Part shown: positions 38,701 through 50,189 of the stretch, piece after piece
Numbering within the stretch: position 1 is the first letter of the stretch
Layout: every line of letters begins with the position of its first letter
Source: Octopus sinensis
Taxonomy: Eukaryota
DNA length: 64,000 bases
Assembly (NCBI RefSeq): GCF_006345805.1
Contig: NC_043014.1
Coordinates: 37,200,001 to 37,264,000 of the forward strand
Direction of reading: 5' to 3'
Notes under the pieces: generated by a model
Seen by the model: the letters and a program-made list of their open reading frames with translations, nothing else
Databases searched by the model: none
Told to the model about the DNA's origin: nothing
Program-made: the position numbers and the translations under genes

Positions 38701-41700
38701 TGGCACCTGTGTCGGTGGCACATAAAAAACAACATCCGAGCGTGGCCGTCTGCCAGCCTTGTCTGGCACCTGTGTCAGTGGCACATAAAAAACACCATCC
38801 GAGCGTGGCCGTCTGCCAGCCTCGTCTGGCACCTGTGTCGGTGGCACATAAAATAACCCACTACACTCTCGGAGTGGTTGGCATTAGGAAGGGCATCCAG
38901 CTGTAGAAACACTGCCAGATCTGACTGGCCTGGTGCAGCCTTCGGGCTTGCCAGACCCCAGTTGAACCGTCCAACCCATGCTAGCATGGAAAGCGAACGT
39001 TAAACGATGATGATGATGATGATGAATAAGACTATTTTTCAATATTCTTTTTCTTCGCCCAACACATTTTAGCGTCAACAAATTTTAGTTTTATTCAAGA
39101 AAATTCCAGTTATATTCTGAAGTGTCAAAGTAATATCAACAAGTCTGCCGTTGGTATGTTACAGTCTTAATCTATAGCACTCATTAGGTTACTTTTGGGA
39201 TTTAAAACTAACAAGGGCTGTGATGAAGTTTGAGAGAACCAGCTTATATCTAATTACTTCCATAATCTAAGAACAAAGTATTTGCATACGAATCAAGCAA
39301 ACTATGAAGCCAAATATTGATGAAGATATCAGAGATAACCAATTGATATGTTTATGTATGATAAACACAAGCAAATTTGAGAAGTAGAACTTGTTCTTTG
39401 AATGCTTTACAGTATGCATGAGGGGTTCCCAAAAGTAACTGGAAACATTCTCTATGGGCTGAGCCCATTGCAGTTCAGGCTTCTGCTACTAGATGCCACT
39501 TGATGCCACCTTCAGAAATCAGTCTACCAACCAGTGGTGTCATGTGAATTTATACCTCCATGTGGTGTGCCTTTGTTTTGCAGTGATTCTCTTCTGTTCA
39601 TCAATTTTTGCAATGGCTGAAACAAAGGAACAGCATGCTACCATGAAATTCTGTTTCCTGCTGGGGAAAACAGCAGCTGAAACAGTTGTCGTACTTCAAA
39701 CAGCTTACAAGGATGCTACCTTGAGCAAAACACAAGTTTATGAGTGGTTTTCACACTTTAGGAATGGTCATTTGTTGCTTGAAGACCAACCTTGTTCAGG
39801 GCGACCACAAACCTCTGGAATGAATGAAAACATCACAAAAATTTATGAACTGATCTTGGAGGACCATTACTGAACAATTTATGAACTTGATATGACTGGT
39901 GTATCCTGGAGCTCCTGCCAACAAATTTTGAACAAGGAATTGTGAATGAAATGAGTTACATCAAAATTTGTGCCTCGCTTGTTCACTGAATATCAAAAAA
40001 CAGTCATGACTGAATGGATGTCATGAACATTAAGAACAGTTGGATGTTGATCCAAATCTTTTTCTGAAGGTCAATATTGGTGACAAAAGCTGCTATGACT
40101 ACAACCCAGAAACAAAGCAACAATTAAGTCAATGGAAGCATTCAATGTCACCATACCTCAAAAAAGCACGTCAAGCAAAGTCCAATATCAAGACAATGTT
40201 GATTCGTTTCATTGATGTGAAAGGAATTGTCCACACAGAATTTGTTTCTCCCGGTCAAACTGCTAAGCAGACATTTTACTTGGCAGTTCTGAAGTGTCTG
40301 CAAGACACAGTAAGACAAAAACTCCCCAACCTGTGGCAAAAGTGGAGTGTGGTGGCTTTATCATGACAATGCACCTGCACACACTGTCTTGAGTGTGAGA
40401 CAGTTTTTGAAAAAATAGAATGACCTCGCTTATCCATCCTCTCTATTCACCTGATCTTGCTCCCTGTTCCTCCAAATAAAAAAGGTCCTGAAAGGAAAAC
40501 GTTTTGCAGATGTGGAAGAAGTGAAAAAAAAAAATACAACGGAGGCATTAAAAGGCATCACTTTGCAAGAGTTCATGGACTGCTTCAAACAGTGGAAAAA
40601 GAGGTGAGACATTAGTGTTACAGTGATGCACATCAAGAAGTTTCACTTGAGAAATTTTTAAACTGTTACTCTGATAGATAATTCTAGTAGCGCTATATAG
40701 GTGGCTGTTAAGATAGCTTACAAAATAGACATAGCAGCAGCAGCCACTACCATCACAGCAGCAGCCACAGTCTGATTTGACTTGGTTTCTAAGGCTGGAT
40801 GCCCTTCTTAATGCCAATCACTTTATAGTGTGTACTGTGTGCTTTTAACATGCCACTGACACAGGACTGTTACAGGCCAATCCTTTTCACCAGGGGATGC
40901 AGCAGCAGCCACTGCCTCCTCCTCCCCCTCCTCTTCTTCATATTCCTCCTCTCTATCCTCCCCACAAGATCTCTATGCCAATTACTCATCCCCTAACTGC
41001 ACTTTTATTTACTTTTTGTTTCCTCCTGATATAAGCTAAAAGATGATGTCTGGAAGACACACATGTCACAGCACACCTTTGATGCAAGTCTGATAAAGTG
41101 CTACTCTAATGTCTAAAACTACAAACATTACATAAATTTTGACTTTGAATTTTTGCATAAACTGGCATTGCAAGTAGAATTGGTACAGAAACAATTATAA
41201 TGAATCATTAAAGATGTGTTAAAGAATTTCTTGTCTTCTTATTACTTTGATTATAGTTTACTCTTCGCAAAACCGACACAAGGGTGCAACCATCGTGGAA
41301 CCAGGATTTTCTACACTTGAAGAATTTCAGCATTGGTTTGGAACCTGACAGTGTTGATAGCCCAGAATTTGGGGTACTTCTCTGGAAAAATCCTATCTTT
41401 ATACCCTACCAGGACCTAAGATATATATATATATATGTATATATCAGGGTGTGTCAATTTTAATAACTTACTAAAAATCTAATTTGGCAGTGAAATTATT
41501 GAGTCTTTTTACTCCCTGACTTGAGATATATATATACCAAAATGAATTAACACAACTCTAACTTACATCAATCTTATCCTAAATTTTCAATATGGTGTTG
41601 TTTTGAAACAATAACTTAAAATTTACAGGAAAAACTGATTAGACTCAAAATATCATTCTTATATTATCTTTTAATTGGTTAAATGAATCATATCATCTTT

Positions 41701-41922
41701 TAATTGGTTAGATGAATTTTTACTCTTTCAGATATTCCCAAGATGTCAACACTGAAGACTAGAGGCTTGATGTCATCCCACTTGAGCCTGTTAATTTGTA
41801 CATGGAAAGAGCTTCTTGTATCAGAGCTTCCAATAGTGAGAGATATTTTAAAACTTGGGTTACTACTTTGGGAATTCCAAGGATGAATTTTCCTATTTAC
41901 TCCCCAAAATTGACACACCCTA

Positions 41923-41970
<48 letters not shown>

Positions 41971-42169
41971 TTATAGAAGGAGCTTCTACAGGACTAGAAC
42001 TGTTTCATTCAAAAGAAATCATCAGGAAGCATCAGGAGCTTCCTGATGATTTCTTTTGAATGATACAGTTCTAGTCCTGTAGAAGCTCCTTCTATAAAAT
42101 AAATTAATTTACTCTGCTATGTATTGAGTACCTTATTTACTGTGGTTAACCCTGACTCAACCCGGGACC

Positions 42170-42207
<38 letters not shown>

Positions 42208-45200
42208 TGCAAATTGACTTGCATCAATCTTATTGAAGACACAGTATACAAATTCAATTTAGGACAGATTTTTACCATAAAAAAATCATTTGATATGTTC
42301 TTCAAAGAATTTAATATATGCTATTAAATGTGAAGGATGTAATGAAGATTACATAGGTCAAAGTTTACTCTCAGAAATAGACTGACCATTCACCACAAAA
42401 AATACGAGACCCCAGTACTAGACAGATTCCACTGAGTGGACACAGACATATGTGCAAAAAATAAGTCCCCCCAATTCCAAGTCTTCCCACTCTATCTTTG
42501 TTGAGTGAAGTTGTTTAGATCTAAACTTGATTGGTGGCATTACTTACTCTCCTATAATGTTGCTGCAAATTTTGATGTAACATTTTTCTACTGGATCAAA
42601 TCTCAATATTTTTATGCCAAAATATAGCTAGGGACCAGCCCTCTTTAAAAATGTTAACAGTTTTCAATTTGGTTAAGAACTGAATTAGCAACAAGCTCTG
42701 AAAGATGTTGCATGTGAGTAAATTGAGGCCTTAAGAATATTATTCAACTACTACTGTAGTTGAAAGGTATCTGTCTCACATAAAAAAAAAAAATTCTGAA
42801 ACTTACCTCATCTAAAATTTCAAGATGTTCACTTTCAGAGTGAAACATTTTCTCCCTCAATGCAATATGCAAGCAATTGTCACCATCTTTATTTATAGCG
42901 TCAACATCTGCTCCTTTTAATACTAACATCTGCATGATCCCAAGGTTACCCTTAGAAACAGCCTGGAGGAATGGTGTCTGATTATGAGTGTTACGAATAT
43001 CAAATTCCACTTCAGCCTTTGTGGAAATGAAAATAAAAAGTAAAAATATCAATGTATCATGAGTGTTTTTACTGGATATTTGATCAGACTGTTACTGTGG
43101 ATTTGATGTGGTCAATAAAACAAACCATTCATAGGTTGCACTGTAAGATGGTATGGATGTACATTAGAGACATGATAAATTTATGAAAATGACAAAAACA
43201 GGTTGTTTCAGGACAGTCTACTTTTATCCCTAGCTATATACCTAACTCACAGTAAGTTATAGACTATTTGAGCTAGAAAGAACAATTAATTAGCAAATGA
43301 AATCCATTGAAGAAGAATCATTTGTCCAATGTATACTTTTGATGTTGCTATATCATTAAATGATCCATAAAATTGCTTTGTTGGTTAGAGTCAATGTTAA
43401 AATGATACCTACTTAGATGTTATATATTTGTGTGTTTCATACATTCAATATATAAATTTGTGTGTTTAATATGTTAGTTAGTTAGTTAGTTAGTTAATTT
43501 GGCTCACTAACTAACTAACTAACATATTAACATTGAACTGCAAAAGATTTGCGAGACATGTATAACTGTGAAATATGCTTGAATTTCATTATGTCAGAGA
43601 TAAATTTTGATAAATCTGATAAAGTCAATTTCTTGGATACACTTTGACCACAGTCTATGGTTGTTATCATGTGTTCTGGTAGTGGGCGGATCCAGTACAT
43701 CAAGATTGTAGGGTGTGACATGTTCAATACTGTATATGCTCGCCCTGAGTATTCAAAATGGCCATACACCATTGGTACATGGAGTACATGAGGCAGTTCA
43801 CAAAACGCATTGGCATCTGTGCCCACTCCCTGAGGGAAGCTGCCTCCAGTTCCACATGAGTTGTCGGCCTTGGGAACACCTGATTCAGCCATCTCTGGAT
43901 TTCATCCCACAGGTGTTCAACTGGGTTCAAATCCGTGCTGAGAGCTGACCATTACATGGTTCAGATGTTGTATTGATGCAGGAAGTCCATGGTGACCCTG
44001 ACTACGTGGGAGGGAGCATTGTCCTGCTGGAACACGTGGTTATGGTGACGTACAAAGAAGGGCATGATGTTAGGTCTTAGGATGTGGTCAACGTAGTGCT
44101 GCGCTGTGATGTGCACCAACATTTTGGAACTCATGGGGCCCAATTCTCTGATTTAGGCCTATAGTATCGCAAACCATGATGTTATGGCCACCCCACGTCT
44201 CCCTCCATGGCACATGCATCTCTGTAGCATTCACTCCTCCTACACCACACCCTCACTCTGCCATCTGAGGTGGAAATGCAGTACCAGCTCTTGTCAGAGA
44301 AGACTATCAACCTCCATTGTTGATGCTACAAATGTCAGTGCTGTGTAGCCCACTGTAATAGTGCCTGATGGTGGCAGGTGGTGAGGACAGGCCCTAGAGC
44401 AGGATGATGGCAACACAGGTTGTTGGTAACCAGCCAATGTCATACCGTGTCATGGCTGATGGGTTGCTGTCTAGTGCTGTCATGCTGGCTAGTCTGAAGA
44501 GATCATGGAGATGTTGCAGGTGGATGAAGCAGTCCTGCCTGGGTGTGGTCACCTGGGGGTGCCCTCTGCAGGCACAGTCTGCAGTACTATTGGTGTTTTA
44601 TTGCTGTTGCAAGCAATAGATGGTACTGACATGAACAGTGTAAGCTTTCGCAACAACTAGGGCATGCTACCCTGCTTGCAATCAGCTGATAGCTTGTTCT
44701 CTCTGTGCTGCTAACTGGGTCATCCCTGATGTGTCCAAATTACGAATGTCAAGAACATGGTTCAAGTTGATTTTTATACCCATAACCTTCACAAGGTGCA
44801 CATGCATTTCGGTTTTCATGACAATTATTTGCGACTGCCACCCATGGCATTCGGCATCTCATTTCACGGAAAATTGAAAGATTACCTGTAATTTGGGTCT
44901 CAGTCATAAAGGAGCATGTCTTGGAATATTTACACTTACATCCCCAAAATAAATTTTCAGAATCTACCATATAAAAATGACATTTGAAAAAATTGCATTT
45001 CTTTTGCAGTTCAATGTATAGGAGTGTTAATATATTTGATATATATTGGTGTGTTAATACATTTAAAAAAAGTGTGATTAATGTTTCTGATATATACTAA
45101 CACAAAATAATGTAATACATTTTCATTAATTTGAAAGTGATCTTGTATATGTGTTGCATAATGAGACTATTAAAGATGGAACAGTTGACATAAGTACTTT

Positions 45201-48200
45201 GACTGGCTATTATTGCCACTGCCAACACACTCAACATCACTGCTATCATCATCATCATCACTATCATGATCATCATATTCCTCTAAAGACACAAGACTTG
45301 GCATTTTAGTAGGTGGTGTATAGTGAATGAAATCAACCCCAGTATTTCACTGGTACTCTGATGATGATGATGATGAGAATATTGAACAGAATGATGAGAT
45401 CAATAAAATACTAAGGTAAGGTAAAGACCCCCTTCGGTCATGAATGACCATGGGATTGCACCTAGAAAGTTACCCTCCTAGACACAAGTCCGGGCAAGGT
45501 TGTTTATGGAAGACCTGCAGTCGCCCATGCATACCAGCCTCCCCTCTCCACGCCACCAGTGTTATCCAAAGGAAAGACAAAGGTCGATACAGCTTGGCAC
45601 CTGTGACGTCGCAACTCATTTCTACAGCTGAGTGAACTGGAGCAGAGTGAAAATAAAGTGCTTTGCTCAAGAACACAACACGCAGCCCAGACCGGGATTC
45701 GAGCTCACAATCTTCCGATCGCAAGCTCGACGCTCTAACCACTGAGCCATGCGCCTTCACAATAAAATACTACACTGTGAATAATATATGTTAACTAACC
45801 TGGGATAGTATCACTTTCACTATCTCTTGGTGTTGCCTGAAATTATAAAAGGGAAAATAAAAATAATACAAACATCACAAAGATTGAATTAATCAATAAT
45901 TAGATCTTCAATTAAGGAAAACAAATGTAAATACAGGTGTAATGAGACCCTGACTGAGATTTGAACCATAGATCTGATTTTCCCTGTCAAGAACTATGAA
46001 CGGATATATTTTCATAAAAGGAAAAGTGCTGCTGTAAAAGTTAATAATGCCCATGTAAATATGGCTTGACCAATCAGCACTGGCTGACTTTTTATAGCTG
46101 AGGTGACAATTTTCAAAAGAAGTATTCAAGTTTTTTCTGCAAAACTGAAGATTCTAGAGCTGCTAAGCCTTCCAGGGAAATTTACATTGCTTGTCTAACA
46201 AAACTGTTTTGTCTCTTCTCTTTCATTTCTAAGTAACATGCTTACACCATAGTTGATGAAAGCTAACCTTTACTTGTAGTGTCAGTAATACATACTAATT
46301 ATATGCCATGATTAATTTCCTTGTATTATCTTCATTACATCATCCTGCAGGTTATATATAGAAGATTCCTAACTGTTATGTTCACTGAACATTGATCCAG
46401 TAATTTATTGACTGTACGTGAGTAAATATAATAATGCTCATTAATAAAATATTTTAAAAAATTTTAATTTTAGTAAGATCATTGTCTATACCCTTTTTAA
46501 CTTGTGAATGGCCAACAAAGAATATATGGCAAATTGCCACACTAAGCAGGTATTCCTAGCATAAAGGTGAAAACCTTGCAGTGATGTGAAGTTCCATAAA
46601 ACAAAACTAATTTTTCCCATTTACTTGCCTGTTACACAGAAGTCAATGGACATGCAACCAATGGGAAAATAAGTTTTGTGTCATGGAACTGTACATTACA
46701 GATAAATTTTCAAGAGGAAGTGCAGCATATTTGCATGTGTGTGTATGTCTGTATGTGTGTGTTTATATCGCTTACATTATATATGTGCATATGGGGGTGG
46801 AGGCAGTTATATTAAGTTGTCTCCTTTGTTGCATATATATACATATATATGTATAAATGACATCCTCACCAGGTATGAATGTTTCTTTAAAAAAAAAACT
46901 CAAAAAAACTATAGCAACATAGAATTGTTTTTCCAGGTGTTCAATCATTCTGCTTGTTAATATATCAGAAGAAAATGAAATGCTAGCACATACCACGTAT
47001 ACTCATTGTTGTGTTACTTCAATTAACACGTAAGATTACAATATTACAAAAATTGTAAAAAAATTTTAATTAGAGCTCCAGAGCAGAGAACAGAAATAAG
47101 GCTGCAAAATTCAAGCACAGGAAGAAATGTTATAAAATATTTTGTCCAGTAAGGGAATAATTCTGTTGGCTTACTACTACTACTGCTGCTGTTGCTGTTG
47201 CTGTTGAGCGAACGGTCTTTGTCCCAGGGCTCACAAGATGGGAAAAGTCCAAAATGTGGTCCTTTGCTATTCGTAAGACTCGCAAAAGAGAAAGCAGGTC
47301 AACCCCCGACACCGAGAGCATTGATGGATGGATGAATGCGCATCCAGGCTCAGCGGCTGCAAAGGAAATTGGTGGACAAGAAACAGGAAGAAAGAGTGAG
47401 AGAAAGTTGGGGTGAAAGAGTACAACAGTGGTCGCCACCACCCCCTGCCAGAGCCTTCGTGGAACTTTAGGTGTTTTCACTCAATAAACACACACAATGC
47501 CCAGTCTAGGAATCGAAACCCCGATCCTCTGACTGTGAGTCAGCTGCCCTAACCACTGAGCCATTGCGCCTCCACTTGCTGCTGCTGCTGCTGCTACTAC
47601 TACTACTACAGAAAATCTGCTTGCCCTTCCCACCCAAAGGAAAGTTGAAGGCTAATCTTCAAAAACAACAACAACAATGGCTTCCAATTTTGACACAAGG
47701 CCAGCAATTTTAGAGGGAAGGAGTTAGTTGATTACATCAATTCCAGTACTTGACTGGTACTTTATTTTACTGACCTAGAAATAATGAAAGGCAAGTGACT
47801 TCAGTGAAACTTGAACTTTGAACAATAATAATCATAATTTCTAGCTTAGACACAAGAATAGGAAAAAAGTAGAGCACAGCTTTCTGAATTAACCCCTTAA
47901 CTTTACTGGAATAAATTTCTATTGACCCCTTAAAATGACAATTCCTGGTAGGAATTTAACTTGAAACAATGTGACAACAGTTAATACTCTTAAGTATATA
48001 ATTCTGAAGGTGACTGTTCCAGGGATTGGTAATGGTGGTGACAATGATGATGATAAGGATGAAAGTGGTAGTGATGATGATGATGATGATGATTTCTTAA
48101 TGAAGTAGATTTAAGAGTGAGGCCCCATAGTGGAATGATGGCATTAAGTGATTTGTTAAAAATTAAAATTTTGGCAAAACAGAAAAATAAAAGAGAACCA

Positions 48201-49065
48201 GATGCAAATATTCTGGATTATTCTTGACTTACCGTAGAACTGCACACTGTAGGGATGTTTCATTATATTTATCCTTTTTATTAATGTCAGCTCCAGACTG
48301 TATTAACAAGTCTACTATATCAGTAAATCCTTTATTGCAGGCAATGTGGAGTGCTGTATAACCACTGGCACTGACCATATTAATGTCAGATTTGGACTGT
48401 ATTAAAAAGTTTGCTATATCAGTACATTCTTTATCGCAGGCTATGTGAAGTGCCGTGTAACCATGGCTGTTGACAATATTGACATCAGCATCAAACTTTA
48501 CTAACAACTTTACTACATCAACAAATTTTTTACTGCAAGCTATGTGAAGAGCTGTGTCACCACTGGTACTGATCATATTAATGTCAGATTTGGACTGTAT
48601 TAAAAAGTTTGCTATATCAGTACATTCTTCATCGCAGGCTATGTGAAGTGCCGTGTGACCATGGCTGTTGACAATATTGACATCAGCATCAAACTTTACT
48701 AACAACTTTACTACATCAACAAATTTTTTACTGCAAGCTATGTGAAGAGCTGTGTCACCAGTGGTACTGACCATATTAATGTCAGATTTGAATCGTATTA
48801 ACAAGTCTGCTATATCAGTAAATCCTTTATCGCAGGCTATGTGGAGTGCTGTGAAACCATTGTTCCTTACAACATTGCTGTCTTGTTCAGACTGTAAAAT
48901 CAACTTTACTGACTTAATGTGCCCAACACAACATGCCAGATGAAGAGCTGTGTCATAACCCATCTTTACCACACAAAATTTCAGTAACAACTTAACCATG
49001 TCAACATTATTACTATCACAGGCGAGATCCAGAAGGTTTGTATTATTACCAACTTTTTTACGGGT
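27720..49065 (-). CDS. MIB2-like: Ankyrin-repeat + double RING finger E3 ubiquitin ligase, Mind bomb-2-like (5'-incomplete, 6 exons, 533 aa)
   Basis: Manual splicing of exons 49065-48233, 45836-45800, 43016-42807, 38609-38443, 37234-37086, 27925-27720: all introns GT..AG, phases 2,0,0,2,1 all compatible, total 1602 nt ending in TGA. Ankyrin array followed by two C3HC4 RINGs is the C-terminal architecture of Mind bomb ligases. Confidence 0.88.
28130..30360 (-). mobile_element. Decayed RTE LINE in last intron
   Basis: MQFGFVSGRSMTDAVFLVRQLQEKY...YTDD; IRMGWAKLRELLPLL; 3' UTR and (GAT) tail near 28130. Confidence 0.88.
30572..31509 (-). mobile_element. Internally deleted mariner transposon
   Basis: ~28-bp TIRs (..ggccattaagaatgaaatgtttga / tcagacatttcattcttaatgacc..); VNERTVHRWFEMFQSGEFTLENQPLGRP HTH remnant. 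Confidence 0.8.
31523..31906 (+). mobile_element. tRNA-derived SINE with 10-bp TSD
   Basis: A box TGGCCCAGTGG, B box GTTTCGATTCCC; TSD atgtttgtaa at 31513 and 31907. Confidence 0.85.
32792..34610 (+). mobile_element. Young 5'-truncated RTE LINE (RT C-terminal half open, 3' UTR minisatellite, (GAT)n tail)
   Basis: Uninterrupted frame to 33985 with GVHQGSVLSP, LLYADD, FRYLG, RLRWYGHV, RGRGRPRKTW; ~60-bp repeats 34160-34440. Confidence 0.95.
34622..35657 (-). mobile_element. Non-autonomous Helitron (~1 kb)
   Basis: Minus strand: a|TC-tttatatatataaaactgag start; hairpin GACCC-ggcaacgat-GGGTC then CTAG|t; its 5' part recurs at ~53730-53908. Confidence 0.75.
36325..36580 (-). mobile_element. RTE 3' end
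   Basis: Reverse complement of the RTE 3' UTR. Confidence 0.75.
37086..37234 (-). CDS. Exon: first C3HC4 RING finger (149 bp)
   Basis: tttcttttacag|YECYVCGDNQVSIKFHPCRHRTICEECCSKIEIKKCSQCKETVIRKTRF|gtaagt; CxxC..CxH..CxxC..CxxC. Confidence 0.92.
38443..38609 (-). CDS. Exon: last ankyrin-like repeat / linker (167 bp)
   Basis: caattatag|ISCQLKEDRLSSIVVAGYLAKQGANFYHKNKNNTTPLDIIKNSDLKRRLELYLVK(V)|gtaagt; not in the ORF track. Confidence 0.88.
38641..39024 (+). mobile_element. RTE 3' end with three ~62-bp UTR repeats and (GAT)n tail
   Basis: Near-identical to the 3' end of 32792-34610; ~30 bp from the acceptor of exon 38609. Confidence 0.88.
39419..40630 (+). mobile_element. Decayed mariner transposase
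   Basis: MAETKEQHATMKFCFLLGKTAAET...VYEWF; FVPRL, GDKS.YDYNPETKQQ, HDNAPAH, YSPDLAP motifs across frameshifts. Confidence 0.85.
41445..41923. mobile_element. Tc1/mariner-type MITE
   Basis: TIRs agggtgtgtcaatttt / aaaattgacacaccct flanked by TA. Confidence 0.65.
41962..42172. ncRNA. Palindromic double hammerhead-ribozyme mini-element in (TA)n
   Basis: 69-bp arms (41962-42030, 42038-42106; 1 mismatch), each gcttc-CTGATGA-tttcttttgaat-GAAA-CAG-ttctagtc-CTG-TA-gaagc; minus copy has intact GAAA, plus copy GATA. Confidence 0.75.
42807..43016 (-). CDS. Exon: ankyrin repeats (210 bp)
   Basis: tttccacaaag|AEVEFDIRNTHNQTPFLQAVSKGNLGIMQMLVLKGADVDAINKDGDNCLHIAL...ILDE|gtaagt. Confidence 0.92.
43531..45016 (-). 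mobile_element. Decayed Tc1 transposon
   Basis: TIRs cattgaactgcaaaaga / tcttttgcagttcaatg-TA; FQQDNAPSH...DLNPVEHLW motifs with stops. Confidence 0.88.
45414..45759 (-). mobile_element. tRNA-derived SINE with 13-bp TSD
   Basis: Minus strand A box TGGCTCAGTGG, B-box-like GCTCGAATCCC, (TACCT) tail; TSD caataaaatacta at 45401 and 45760. Confidence 0.88.
45800..45836 (-). CDS. Microexon (37 bp), completes an ankyrin repeat
   Basis: ttttataatttcag|G CAA CAC CAA GAG ATA GTG AAA GTG ATA CTA TCC CAG|gttagt = (R)QHQEIVKVILSQ; phase 2 in and phase 0 out match both neighbours. Confidence 0.85.
47200..47576 (-). mobile_element. tRNA-derived SINE inserted in trinucleotide repeat
   Basis: Minus strand gtggaggcgcaaTGGCTCAGTGG...GTTTCGATTCC, same head family as 31523. 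Confidence 0.82.
48233..49065 (-). CDS. Exon: ankyrin repeat array (833 bp)
   Basis: Acceptor tctcttttcag|ACC CGT, donor CG|gtaagt; TRKKVGNNTNLLDLAC... then repeated GxTALHIAC...DIN motifs (ORF 48229..48999). Confidence 0.93.
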
Positions 49066-49130
49066 CTGAAAAGAGATAGATATATATTAAGATATATTTA
49101 TATTATTTGCCTATACAGATGTATGTATTC

Positions 49131-49164
<34 letters not shown>

Positions 49165-50189
49165 GCATGCACACACAAAACAAATGACAGTGTTGGAAAC
49201 CATGGGAAACTTTATTGCTCACAATGGCCGTTTCTACACATTGTGCATTGGTTGTTCTGTGAGCAATAAAGTTTCCCATGTATTACATTTTCTGTCTCCA
49301 TCATTTGTTTTGTATTCAACATACACTGAGGATTTCCTGAGATAGATCCAGCTACAATTGAGTAATTACCATGGATGATGTCAGGTAACTATAGGCAGTG
49401 AATGTGCTTTATCAGTGTACTACTAGGAACATACTGAACATTTAAATATTTACTTATATATATATATATATACATATATATAATTATTATTTAAGAAGCA
49501 CAATATATGTTTTTATGTGCTTTTATTAGTTTCATGTGCTGAGAACATGCCAAACATTGTTTTATAGCATGTCTGGTATCCCAGCATGATCCTTATACAC
49601 TGTCCACAAGGCATAACAAAACTAAAAATGGGACATGAGAAAAGGTGAGAAGGAAGTATATATAAAAAGCAGAAAATGAGAAAATAATCAGAAAGAAACA
49701 AAAGGGTAATAAGAGTTATTTTCCTTAGACCATAAATCATAAAGCTAGAAAAGTGGCTAAGAGCCTATGGTACAGTTATTCAATCTGGTTGAGGAGGCAC
49801 TTTCCAATTCTTCAACAGGAACTTAGGTATATGCTTACAACTGCTGAAAAATTCAGATCTAGAGTTCAGCAGAGAGAGTTCTTAGATCTGTAAAGGAGCC
49901 GAGTTCTTTCAGCTGAAAGAGGGGCACAGGCTGAGATAATTTTTGCAGTAAGCTTCAATCACATACTCTATCTCAATTATATATCAACCCATTTCTCAGC
50001 AAGAAGAATGCCCACACCACCAATCCCATCACTGTTCCCTACCACTCAGATTTGGCCATCGCATTGTTCATGAAATTTCAGCTAAGTTTTATCATATTTT
50101 ATTCAAATGTGACACAATAATACTTAAAATTTCTCTCCGGAAGAAACAGGGGGTATATATAGGGATTATGCCTTATTTTCTTCTATACA

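Noticed and set aside
41260-41345. Candidate exon with cag acceptor on the minus strand
   Set aside because: The phase-0 frame stops after five codons; flanking exons already splice in frame without it.
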